Part shown: positions 38,107 to 46,745 of the stretch, in pieces
Numbering within the stretch: position 1 is the first letter of the stretch
Layout: the number at the start of each line of letters is the position of its first letter
Assembly (NCBI GenBank): GCA_963701785.1
Contig: CAVPBC010000002.1
Location: 533,093-597,092, forward strand
From: an uncultured Bacteroidales bacterium
GTDB taxonomy: Bacteria; Bacteroidota; Bacteroidia; Bacteroidales; JAGOPY01
DNA length: 64,000 nucleotides
Reading direction: 5' to 3'
The notes under the pieces: model-generated
Database searches by the model: none
What the model was told of the DNA's origin: nothing
The model's input: the letters and a program-made list of their open reading frames with translations, nothing else
Translations under genes and position numbers: made by a program

Positions 38107-38961
38107 ATGGAAAAACACACTAATATGAAAATATTGATTATCGGAGCCACGGGCAAACTCGCCAGGCCTGTCGTCAACCACCTGGCCGAAAAAGGTTTTA
38201 AGGTAAGATTGTTCTCACGTTCAATCGAGGCTTCCATGTTTGATGAAAAGCACGAAACCATTAAAGGAGACCTGTTCAAACCTGAACACCTGGAAAAGGC
38301 CATGGAGGGCTGTGACGGGGTCCATATTAACCTTTCCAGCCTGGATGAAGGCGAAGCCGGCAGAGCCATTGTGAAGGCAGCAAAGAAACAAGATATCAAA
38401 ATGATTAGCATGATATCCGGTTCAACCGTCTCGGAAGAAAACAGGTACTTTCAAATGATTGACAGGAAGTTTAGGGCGGAGCAGGAGCTGATCCATAGTG
38501 GCATAGCGTATATGATTTTTCGTCCGTCATGGTTTTATGAATCGCTGCCATTAATGGTACGCAGCGGTAAGGCAATGATGATGGGCAAGCAGCCCATGCT
38601 TTTTCACTGGGCCGCGGCCGATGACCTGGGCCGGATGGTTGCTGCAGCCTATTTAAAACCGGAAGCAGTGAACAAGATCTTTTATATTCATGGGCCAAAA
38701 GCCTACCTGTTCAAAGATATCCTCACCGAATACTGCAAAAAGCGGCATCCTGAGATAAAGAAGATCAGTTCAACACCTTTTGGAGTATTGAAACTCATTG
38801 GTTTCATGTCCGGAAATACAATGTTGAAGGATGCGGTAAAGATGTTCCAGTATTTTGAGAAAACAAAAGAGCTGGGCGACCCGAAGGAAGCAAATGAACT
38901 ACTCGGTAAGCCGGAGATAACCCTTGAAGAATGGATGGCAAAGATAGTGGCGAACAAATAA
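38107..38961 (+). CDS. NmrA-like / atypical SDR NAD(P)H-binding protein
   Basis: MKILIIGATGKLARPVVNHLAEKGFKVRLFSRS Rossmann N-terminus. The true start may be the Met at 38125. Confidence 0.75.
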   Translation: MEKHTNMKILIIGATGKLARPVVNHLAEKGFKVRLFSRSIEASMFDEKHETIKGDLFKPEHLEKAMEGCDGVHINLSSLDEGEAGRAIVKAAKKQDIKMISMISGSTVSEENRYFQMIDRKFRAEQELIHSGIAYMIFRPSWFYESLPLMVRSGKAMMMGKQPMLFHWAAADDLGRMVAAAYLKPEAVNKIFYIHGPKAYLFKDILTEYCKKRHPEIKKISSTPFGVLKLIGFMSGNTMLKDAVKMFQYFEKTKELGDPKEANELLGKPEITLEEWMAKIVANK

Positions 38962-39001
38962 AGACTCCGATTGTTTCTTTCGATAATTCATTAACTTTAC
39001 T

Positions 39002-39373
39002 ATGGACCCTGTTGAGGAGTTTATCTACGATTTTGAAGGAAACCAGCGTGAGATCATGCTTTTCCTTCATCAAACCCTGGTCTCGGATTTTAACCTCAGG
39101 CCCAGAATCAGTTATAAAATACCCTTTTATTACCGGAAAAGCTGGATCTGCTATTTGAATCCGGTAAAAGGAGACGGTGTTGAATTTGCTTTTCCACGTG
39201 GAAATGAACTTTCCAATGAACAGGGTTTGCTCGAGGAAAAAGGCAGGCAGCAAGTCAGGGGAATTGTTTTTAAAGAATTATCAGATATCCCTTTTCAGAC
39301 ATTGAAGGAAATCCTCCAGGAAGCCATTGTTTTGGATGAGAAAATCCCTTACAAGTCATACAGGAAAAAGTGA
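39002..39373 (+). CDS. DUF1801 (YdhG-like) domain protein
   Basis: A 123-aa ORF: ...LRPRISYKIPFYYRKSWICYLNPVKGDGVEFAFPRGNEL. It contains the palindrome TTTCCACGTGGAAA at 39191-39204. Confidence 0.65.
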   Translation: MDPVEEFIYDFEGNQREIMLFLHQTLVSDFNLRPRISYKIPFYYRKSWICYLNPVKGDGVEFAFPRGNELSNEQGLLEEKGRQQVRGIVFKELSDIPFQTLKEILQEAIVLDEKIPYKSYRKK

Positions 39374-39511
39374 TCACATTGATTAATTGAGACATATATA
39401 TCAAAAAGATCTTAAAGAATTCATCAAGGAACATCTGTTTTCGGTCTTACAGTTAAATTAGATCTGAATGCTTTTAATTATTTTTACAAACAGCATATTG
39501 GGAAACATTTC

Positions 39512-40381
39512 ATGGATTGGTTAAGGAAATATCTATTGCAACGGTATCCTCTTGAAGAAAATGTATGGAAGATCATCATCCCTATTTCTGTTTTTATCGG
39601 GCTTTTCATGGTCGTTTTCCAGCCTTTTGGGCTGAGCAACCTTGATCTCCCGGCCAGGAACTGGCTGTTGGCGGGGTATGGCCTGGTCACCTTTATCATC
39701 CTTATTATTGATCTCTTAATGATCCCCACCCTTTTTCCCTCAGCTTTCAGGGACGAACAGTGGATGATCTGGAAAGAACTACTTTTTCTGCCCTGGATTC
39801 TTTTTACGGTTGGGCTGGGAAACCTTTTATATTCATCCTGGACCCTCGGCTTTCATCTTACCCTGGCAAATATTATTGCTTTTCAAGCTTATACCATAGC
39901 GATAGGTATCATTCCAATTACAGCCCTTACACTGATCAAGCAAAATTACCTGAAGCGTAAAAATGAGGAAAGCGCTGATATTATTTCCGGGAAGATCGTT
40001 TTTCACAAGCCTGAAAAATTCCAGGCCGGGCAAATTCAATTCTTCTCGGATAATGAAAAAGAAAACCTCCGGATAAATGTTAATGAACTGTTGTTTATCA
40101 AATCAGATGGCAATTATATCACCGTTGGGTATCTGAAAAATGGGAAACCGGCCCGGGCCTTGTTTCGCAATACCATGAAATATGCGACAGACCTGCTGGC
40201 GCCCTTTCCCTTTGTTTTTCAATGCCATCGTTCCTGGATGGTTAATCTTCGCAGGATTTCCAGGGTGTCAGGGAATTCCCAGGGGCTTCGCGTAATGCCT
40301 GAGGGCCTTGAAGAAGATATCCCGGTCGCCCGGACCATGACGTCTGCCTTCAGAAAGTTGATGACCGATCATGAGGTCTGA
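39512..40381 (+). CDS. Membrane-tethered LytTR-family DNA-binding protein (no receiver domain)
   Basis: The N-terminal ~150 aa are hydrophobic (about 4-5 TM helices). The C-terminus has LLFIKSDGNYITVGYLKNGKPARALFRNTMKYATDLL..FFQCHRSWMVNLRRI (LytTR domain). Confidence 0.8.
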   Translation: MDWLRKYLLQRYPLEENVWKIIIPISVFIGLFMVVFQPFGLSNLDLPARNWLLAGYGLVTFIILIIDLLMIPTLFPSAFRDEQWMIWKELLFLPWILFTVGLGNLLYSSWTLGFHLTLANIIAFQAYTIAIGIIPITALTLIKQNYLKRKNEESADIISGKIVFHKPEKFQAGQIQFFSDNEKENLRINVNELLFIKSDGNYITVGYLKNGKPARALFRNTMKYATDLLAPFPFVFQCHRSWMVNLRRISRVSGNSQGLRVMPEGLEEDIPVARTMTSAFRKLMTDHEV

Positions 40382-40382
40382 A

Positions 40383-40454
40383 GCCGTTCGTCACTAGAAT
40401 CCTGCCGTTCATCCCAGACTCAGCCATTCGTCACAAAACCTTCCACTTCATCCC
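40383..40454 (+). promoter_or_regulatory. Four phased direct repeats of a CCGTTCGTC-like box (candidate LytTR operator array)
   Basis: GCCGTTCGTCAC (40383), GCCGTTCATCCC (40404), GCCATTCGTCAC (40423), CCACTTCATCCC (40443). Spacing is 21/19/20 bp. The array lies between the LytTR gene stop and the next gene. Confidence 0.55.
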
Positions 40455-40535
40455 AAAACACTTTACAATACTGCTAAACCGCTGTAATATTGCCACATCA
40501 AATTTTTATTCATTAACCTTTTAAAACATAAAAAG

Positions 40536-40851
40536 ATGAAAAATGCAATTATCATTGGTTCGCTGGTTGTACTCGGAGCAGTCGGCCTTATTTTAGGATT
40601 TAGCGGTTATAATGTTGTTGATGCCGGCGATTTTTCGCTCGGTTATTTTTCGGCAGGACAGTTTTCGGCAGGTGTATTTTCCGCCGGCATCTTTCTCTAT
40701 CGGAATTTTTTCGGCCGGTATTTTTAGCGTCGGGATCTTTTCGATCAGCATTTTTAATGTTGGCCTTTTCGCCCTGGGATTTTTTATCCTCGGATGGAAG
40801 AAGAAATATGCCAAGGTTCAGGTTGTTCAGGAAGATATCGAATCAAAGTAA
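40536..40851 (+). pseudogene. Small membrane protein made of eleven G-x-F-S-x pentapeptide repeats; one extra base near 40694 splits the frame
   Basis: ORF 40536-40727 (..GDFSLGYFSAGQFSAGVFSAGIF) and ORF 40612-40851 (..SIGIFSAGIFSVGIFSISIFNVGLFALGFFILGWKKKYAK) join if one C in ATCTTTCTCTATCGG is removed. Confidence 0.6.
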
Positions 40852-41516
40852 GAAATGAATTCTTTAATGGCTTCTTTTGCCTGTCCTGCGGGCCACTCTG
40901 CCCTTGTCCAGTCATCCATTCCGTCTGGTCCTTCAGGCGCTGAATGGATGATTTTCTGATACATTTTACTCCCTTCCGGGCTCAATGCTCCCAGGATTTC
41001 CCTGGCCGCAGCGTGGGCCCGGATTTTTATATCCTCCAGTTCATCTTTGTTGCGGAATAAAAGCATTTTATATACTTCTGAAGTGATGTAACCTGCTTTT
41101 TCCTCATCATTTTTAAAATGCGCAATAGCAGCCGGATTTACTGCAGTCATGAAAACAGATGCCGTAATGAGCTTCCCCGGCATCCGCTCGTCCAGGCGGG
41201 AAACCAATTTCGGCCAGAGTGTGGGATAGATCTCTATCAACAGCAAATCGTGAGTTTTGAGGCCGGCTTCGATCTGATCCAGGTCGAAGGCCTGGAGCAT
41301 ATTTCTTACCGGACCGACCAGGTATTTTTCTTCCGGAAGGGCGGCTATAATTTCCCGTGTCCGGAAAAAGTAATCCCCGCCTTCAATTTCTTCCGGGCGG
41401 GGTGCGCGTGAAGTATAACGGATCACTTTCGGGCAGGTGATGCCGAATAGCGGCAGGGCATTGACCAGCCTGGTCTTGCCTGCGCAGGAATGACCCGAAA
41501 GTCGGAGGAGGAGCAT
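40827..41516 (-). CDS. Guanylate-kinase-fold P-loop protein with atypical motifs
   Basis: GHSCAGKT P-loop and YTSRAPRPEEIEGGDYFF (compare TTRxPRxGExxGxDYxF), plus an unrelated C-terminal extension. Confidence 0.5.
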   Translation of the reverse strand: MLLLRLSGHSCAGKTRLVNALPLFGITCPKVIRYTSRAPRPEEIEGGDYFFRTREIIAALPEEKYLVGPVRNMLQAFDLDQIEAGLKTHDLLLIEIYPTLWPKLVSRLDERMPGKLITASVFMTAVNPAAIAHFKNDEEKAGYITSEVYKMLLFRNKDELEDIKIRAHAAAREILGALSPEGSKMYQKIIHSAPEGPDGMDDWTRAEWPAGQAKEAIKEFISYFDSISS

Positions 41517-41687
41517 TTTATTTGCATTTTTTGTTTTCAGATGAAAATATTCAGTCTTTTCAAATAATTCACTTTTAATTAATTAGAGCCAAAGTAAAAA
41601 AAATTCAGAAAGACCGGGTATAAATAATTAAAAAAGCCGATTAACTGTAGGAATTCGGTAGGACTAGCAGGAAATCCTGATAACAAT

Positions 41688-41775
41688 CTTGGTGTTTCAT
41701 AGTGCCCTCAGTACCTTAGTGGTTTTCTATTCAGGATTACCACTGAGGCACTAAGATCACTTAGGAACACTGAGG
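41688..41775. repeat. Family A arms upstream of the GxxExxY gene: a right-type arm (41688-41724) then a left-type arm (41738-41775)
   Basis: CTTGGTGTTTCATAGTGCCCTCAGTACCTTAGTGGTT, a 13-nt spacer, then TACCACTGAGGCACTAAGATCACTTAGGAACACTGAGG. Confidence 0.9.
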
Positions 41776-41812
41776 TTATCATCTTAAAGTAATTTATTAA
41801 GACATCATTAAA

Positions 41813-42223
41813 ATGCTTACACAGAAACAAATTAACGAATTGGCTTATATGATCGTCGGAGCTGCTATAGAGGTTCATAAAAACCTTGGCCCCGGATTAC
41901 TTGAATCTATCTATGAATCCTGCCTGCTTGATGAACTGCGTGAAATGGGATTACAAGTAAAGTCACAGGTATATGTCCCAATAATATACAAGAACAAAGA
42001 TCTTGGTGGTCATTTGAAACTCGATATTCTTGTAAATGATATAATTATAGTCGAATTGAAAGCAGTAGATGTAATGATTCCATTGTATAAAGCTCAATTA
42101 CTTTCTTATCTAAAATTGACTAGTAAACCAAAGGGTTTACTGATTAATTTTCATTGCGAAAATATCGTCGAGCAGATGGTTCCATTGGTAACGGATGAAT
42201 TTTCCAAACTACCTAAATCTTAG
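41813..42223 (+). CDS. GxxExxY protein (PD-(D/E)XK nuclease-fold family)
   Basis: A 136-aa ORF with GPGLLESIYESC (G-x-x-E-x-x-Y) and LDILVNDIIIVELKAV (D...ExK). The stop TAG (42221-42223) lies in a repeat arm. Confidence 0.85.
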   Translation: MLTQKQINELAYMIVGAAIEVHKNLGPGLLESIYESCLLDELREMGLQVKSQVYVPIIYKNKDLGGHLKLDILVNDIIIVELKAVDVMIPLYKAQLLSYLKLTSKPKGLLINFHCENIVEQMVPLVTDEFSKLPKS

Positions 42224-42361
42224 TGTTTCTTAGTGGTCTTAGTGCCTTAGTGGTTAAAAGGCAGGTAACCACTGAGGCACTAAGATCACTTAGGATCACT
42301 GAGGTTTAAACTAATTTAACTCTTCTTATTGTTTCTCAGTGCCCTCAGTACCTTAGTGGTT
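42218..42361. repeat. Family A arms downstream of the GxxExxY gene: right-type (42218-42255), left-type (42267-42304), right-type (42325-42361)
   Basis: Read directly. 42267-42304 matches 41738-41775 at 36 of 38 positions. 42325-42361 matches 41688-41724 at 33 of 37. Confidence 0.9.
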
Positions 42362-42459
42362 TTATTCACCAAAAAGAAGAAGAAACACAAAAAAAATTAT
42401 CTTTGCTCCTCCATTGTTAATTGATTAACATTATATAAAACTATTAAAACTACACGGTT

Positions 42460-43654
42460 ATGTACGGAAAAATGAAAGATTGGCTGACGAATGAGCTTAA
42501 AAGCATTGAAGAAGCCGGATTGTATAAAAAAGAACGCATTATCACTTCTCCGCAGGGAGCTGAAATCGGGCTGAATACCGGGGCGGAAGTGCTGAATTTC
42601 TGCGCCAACAATTACCTGGGCCTGTCCAACCACCCCAAGCTGGTGAAGGCTGCAAAAGACACGTTAGATTCCCACGGATTCGGGATGTCGTCGGTCAGGT
42701 TTATATGCGGTACACAGGATATGCACAAAGTCCTCGAGCAAAAGATCGCCGAATATTTCGGAACGGAAGACACGATCCTTTATGCAGCCTGTTTTGATGC
42801 CAATGGCGGCGTTTTTGAGCCCCTGTTCTCAGAAGAGGATGCCATCATCTCCGATTCATTGAACCATGCCTCGATCATCGATGGCGTCCGTCTTTGCAAA
42901 GCCCAGCGCTTCCGCTATAACAATGCCGACATGGCAGACCTGGAAGAAAAACTTAAGGAAGCTTCCAAAACGGCCAGGTTCAAGATCATTGTAACCGACG
43001 GTGTATTCTCCATGGATGGTAACGTTGCCCCGCTGGACAAAATAAATGAGCTGGCCAAGAAATACGATGCCCTGATCATGGTTGACGAGTGCCATTCTGC
43101 CGGTGTTGTAGGCAAAACGGGACGTGGCGTAACCGAATTGTTCAATATCCGCGGGGAGGTTGACATCATCACCGGTACATTAGGAAAGGCATTTGGTGGC
43201 GGTATCGGCGGATTCACTACCGGTAAGAAAGAGATCATCGAACTGCTCAGGCAGCGTTCACGTCCTTACCTGTTCTCCAACTCGCTTATTCCCGCTGCCG
43301 TTGGCGCCGGCATAGCCATGTTCGACATGATGACCGAGACCAACGAGTTGCAGGATAAACTGCACGAAAATACCGACTACTTCCTGGGTAAAATGAAAGC
43401 AGCCGGCTTCGATATCAAGCCCACCAAATCAGCAATCTGCGCGGTAATGCTTTATGATGCAAAGCTTTCGCAAATAATGGCAGAGAAACTTCTGGCTGAA
43501 GGCATTTACGTGATCGGTTTCTACTACCCTGTTGTTGCCAAAGGCCTGGCGCGTATCCGTGTCCAGATCTCGGCAGCCCACGAAAGAGCCCACCTTGACA
43601 AGTGCCATCAATGCATTCATCAAGGTAGGGAAGGAGCTGGAGGTGATTAAGTAA
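42460..43654 (+). pseudogene. kbl: Glycine C-acetyltransferase (2-amino-3-ketobutyrate CoA ligase), one frame break about 50 nt before the end
   Basis: A 396-aa ORF with PLP-enzyme motifs (NYLGLS, DECHSAG, TLGKAFGG). After HLDK the shifted frame reads AINAFIKVGKELEVIK, a typical Kbl C-terminus ending at 43654. Confidence 0.9.
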
Positions 43655-43709
43655 GTTGACAGTTGGCAGTTGACAGCCATGGATTAAGAAATAATTAAAT
43701 TACTACCTT

Positions 43710-43780
43710 AAAAAAAGACCTGACAGCGTCGCCAGACCTGTCAGCGTCTTTTTTTTGTTTAAACCTGTCAGCGTCTTTTT
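43710..43780. repeat. CTGACAG-word element (family B), copy 1; its first hairpin has terminator geometry in both directions
   Basis: AAAAAAAGAC-CTGACAG-cgtcgccagac-CTGTCAG-c-GTCTTTTTTTT (43710-43756), then GTTTAAACCTGTCAGCGTCTTTTT. It lies 56 nt after kbl. Confidence 0.8.
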
Positions 43781-43888
43781 CTGGTTCTATTGCCTGTGTG
43801 GTAATAAAAAAACTCTCCACAACGACATTAAAACATGAAGATTTATTACCTTGGGAACGTTTTTCAATTCTAAATTTGACAGGATTTC

Positions 43889-46423
43889 ATGCAGATTGAT
43901 TTCAATTCCGAAAGGTTCAAAGGACTTACCGAATCAGAAGCAAGCGAAAAGCTTCGGCTGGAAGGTTATAACGAGCTCCCGTCATCAAAACCTAGAAATA
44001 TATTTGCTATTGCGATTGGTGTTATCAAAGAACCCATGTTTTTACTGCTGGTTGCCTGTGGCAGCCTCTACCTGGTTTTAGGAGATATACAGGAAGGTAT
44101 CATGTTGCTTGGTTTTGTCTTTGTTGTTATGGGGATAGAGTTTTACCAGGAAAAGAAAACAGAAAAAGCTCTTGATGCGCTGAAGGACCTGGCAAGCCCC
44201 CGGGCACTGGTTATCCGTGACGGAAAGGAAAGAAGGATCGCCGGCAGGGAAGTGGCAACAGGCGATATCGTGATTTTGCAGGAAGGTGACAGGGTGCCGG
44301 CAGACGCCGCCGTCCTTAACGCGTCGAACCTGATGGTCGACGAATCGCTGCTGACCGGAGAGTCTGTCCCGGTTAGAAAATCGGAATGGAATGGAACGGA
44401 TCGCACCCAGCAGCCAGGAGGGGATGATATGCCTTTTATTTATTCCGGTTCCATGGTAGTTCAAGGCAATGGAATAGCCAGGGTGCTTGGGACAGGAATG
44501 AACACCGAGATCGGGCGGATCGGCAAAGCCCTTGAGGATGTCAAAGAGGAACCCACGAAATTGAAGAAAGAGATGGGCACACTGGTCAAAAGGCTTGCCA
44601 TCATCGGGGTTATCCTTTGTGTCCTGGTTATTGTGGTTTATACCCTCACAAGAGAAGATTTGCTCAAGGGATTCCTGGCAGGAATAACCCTTGCCATGGC
44701 CATGCTTCCTGAAGAATTCCCGGTGGTAATGACTATCTTTTTAGCACTTGGCGCCTGGCGTATGTCCAAAAAAAACGTTCTGACCAGGAAACCGGCGGCT
44801 ATCGAAACCCTGGGATCAGCGACCGTGCTTTGCACAGATAAAACCGGCACCCTGACCCAGAATAAGATGACCGTTACGGAACTTTTTAATGGGGATGCAT
44901 TCCTGGAGCTCAATGATAACAAGGAATTTCCCGAAGAATTCCATGAAATCATCGAATACGGGATCCTTTCCAGCCAGGTCAATCCTTTCGACCCAATGGA
45001 AAAAGCCATCAATGCCATCGGGGAAAGATATTTCGCAGGAACTGAGCATCAGCATACCGATTGGGAAATGCTTAAGGAATACCCTCTTTCAAGAGAGATG
45101 CTGGCTATGTCAAGGGTTTTTAAAAGTCAAGGGACCCAGGACTATACCATTGCCTCGAAAGGGGCCCCTGAAGCCATATTCGATTTATGTCATCTTCAGA
45201 AAGAAAAAATAGACCGTCTTTCAAAAGCCATCGAAAAGTTAGCAGGCAAGGGATTAAGGGTATTAGGTGTTGCCCGATCGACCATCAGCCAGGATAGTTT
45301 CCCGGATACACAACATGATTTCACCTTTAAATTTGTCGGACTGATCGGGTTATCGGATCCGGTAAGGGAACATGTGGATGTTGCAGTTGGCGAGTGTTAC
45401 AAGGCAGGAATCCGGGTGATTATGATCACCGGTGATTATCCGGTAACAGCCAAAAACATCGCGCGCGAAATCGGTTTGAAGAATTATGAAGTTTGCATCA
45501 CCGGCCAGGAGTTGAATGCGATGAGTGAGAAGGAACTGTGTGAAAAAATAAGGGATGTCAACATTTTTGCCCGGATCATTCCCGAGCAGAAGCTAAAAAT
45601 AGTGAATGCCCTGAAAAAGAACCAGGAAGTGGTGGCCATGACCGGTGATGGTGTAAATGACGCTCCTGCGCTGAAAGCAGCCAATATCGGCATCGCCATG
45701 GGCGATAAGGGCACCGATGTTGCCCGTGAGGCATCTTCCCTGGTACTGATGGATGACAACTTTTCCTCGATCGTGGGTGCTGTCAGGATGGGCCGCAAGA
45801 TTTTTGACAACCTTCAGAAAGCCCTGGCATACATTTTTGCCATTCATGTCCCGATTGCCGGACTTTCACTCATCCCCGTCTTTTTTGCCGACCTGCCGCT
45901 GCTTTTATGGCCGGTGCATATAGTTTTCCTGGAATTGATCATCGATCCGGCCTGTTCCATCATCTTCGAAGCGGAGAAGGAAGAAGAAAATGTCATGAGC
46001 AGACCCCCGAAGAAATTGAGTGAACCTTTTTTCGATGGAAAAAAGATCTTACTTAGTTGCCTGCAGGGATGCGGTATCCTTGCGATCGTCCTTGCGATCT
46101 ATTTTATTTACCTGAATGCCGGCTACAGTGAAAAATCGGTAAGGGCGATGGCTTTTCTGACCCTTATTGTTGCCAACATTGCCATAATTTTAGCTAACCG
46201 TTCTTGGACGAAAAACATCTTCCAGATACTGGCGTCACCCAATAAGACCGTGAAATGGATTGCCGGCGGTGCTGTTATATTTTTGATTTTAATCCTGAAT
46301 ATTCCTTTCCTGATGGACTTATTTCAGTTCGAAAAGATCCGGTTCATGAATGCACTTATTTGTATTGGTGCCGGCTTGTTAAGCATCACCTGGTTCGAGG
46401 TTTATAAATTAGTAAGACGCTGA
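43889..46423 (+). CDS. Cation-transporting P-type ATPase (type II, Ca2+-ATPase-like)
   Basis: An 844-aa ORF with TGES, CTDKTGTLTQN, MITGD and TGDGVNDAPALK motifs and 10 predicted TM segments. The final codons AGA CGC TGA belong to a family B repeat word. Confidence 0.9.
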   Translation: MQIDFNSERFKGLTESEASEKLRLEGYNELPSSKPRNIFAIAIGVIKEPMFLLLVACGSLYLVLGDIQEGIMLLGFVFVVMGIEFYQEKKTEKALDALKDLASPRALVIRDGKERRIAGREVATGDIVILQEGDRVPADAAVLNASNLMVDESLLTGESVPVRKSEWNGTDRTQQPGGDDMPFIYSGSMVVQGNGIARVLGTGMNTEIGRIGKALEDVKEEPTKLKKEMGTLVKRLAIIGVILCVLVIVVYTLTREDLLKGFLAGITLAMAMLPEEFPVVMTIFLALGAWRMSKKNVLTRKPAAIETLGSATVLCTDKTGTLTQNKMTVTELFNGDAFLELNDNKEFPEEFHEIIEYGILSSQVNPFDPMEKAINAIGERYFAGTEHQHTDWEMLKEYPLSREMLAMSRVFKSQGTQDYTIASKGAPEAIFDLCHLQKEKIDRLSKAIEKLAGKGLRVLGVARSTISQDSFPDTQHDFTFKFVGLIGLSDPVREHVDVAVGECYKAGIRVIMITGDYPVTAKNIAREIGLKNYEVCITGQELNAMSEKELCEKIRDVNIFARIIPEQKLKIVNALKKNQEVVAMTGDGVNDAPALKAANIGIAMGDKGTDVAREASSLVLMDDNFSSIVGAVRMGRKIFDNLQKALAYIFAIHVPIAGLSLIPVFFADLPLLLWPVHIVFLELIIDPACSIIFEAEKEEENVMSRPPKKLSEPFFDGKKILLSCLQGCGILAIVLAIYFIYLNAGYSEKSVRAMAFLTLIVANIAIILANRSWTKNIFQILASPNKTVKWIAGGAVIFLILILNIPFLMDLFQFEKIRFMNALICIGAGLLSITWFEVYKLVRR

Positions 46424-46611
46424 CATATTTGAAGACGCTGACAGGTCTGCGACGCTGTCAGGTCTTTTTTTTTGTTTAAACCTGTCAGCGTCCGACGAAG
46501 GAGGACCTGGTATATTGAAGACGCTGACAGGTCCTGCGGACCCTGTCAGGTCTTTTTTTATCATTTAAACCTGTCAGCGTCCGACGAAGGAGGACCTGAC
46601 AGCGTTTAAAT
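46414..46611. repeat. Family B, copy 2: two tandem composite units
   Basis: Each unit is TTGAAGACGCTGACAGGTC..CTGTCAGGTCTTTTTTT..TTTAAACCTGTCAGCGTCCGACGAAGGAGGACCTG. The last unit closes as GTTTAAAC-CTGTCAG...CTGACAG-c-GTTTAAA. Confidence 0.9.
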
Positions 46612-46745
46612 ACCAGAAACCATTTAAAACCTTCCTTAATCATTTTTTAACATAGAAGTCTATTTCATAATGTTTTGGTAACAATCACAAAACATAAGGG
46701 TAATCTGTATACCGGAATTTTGCAAAAAATTAAAATAAACTTAAT

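Noticed and set aside
46498-46504. Perfect AAGGAGG in the loop of family B hairpins (also 46587-46593 and 52388-52394), considered as a ribosome-binding site for a hidden ORF
   Set aside because: No start codon or ORF follows at a suitable distance in any copy. Genes in this window otherwise lack Shine-Dalgarno sequences.
46414-46611. Regularly spaced repeats that might be taken for a small CRISPR array
   Set aside because: There are only two composite units. The 'spacers' are themselves conserved parts of the unit. Units contain A/T-tract-flanked hairpins, the same element occurs singly at 43710 and 52258, and no cas genes or leader are present.
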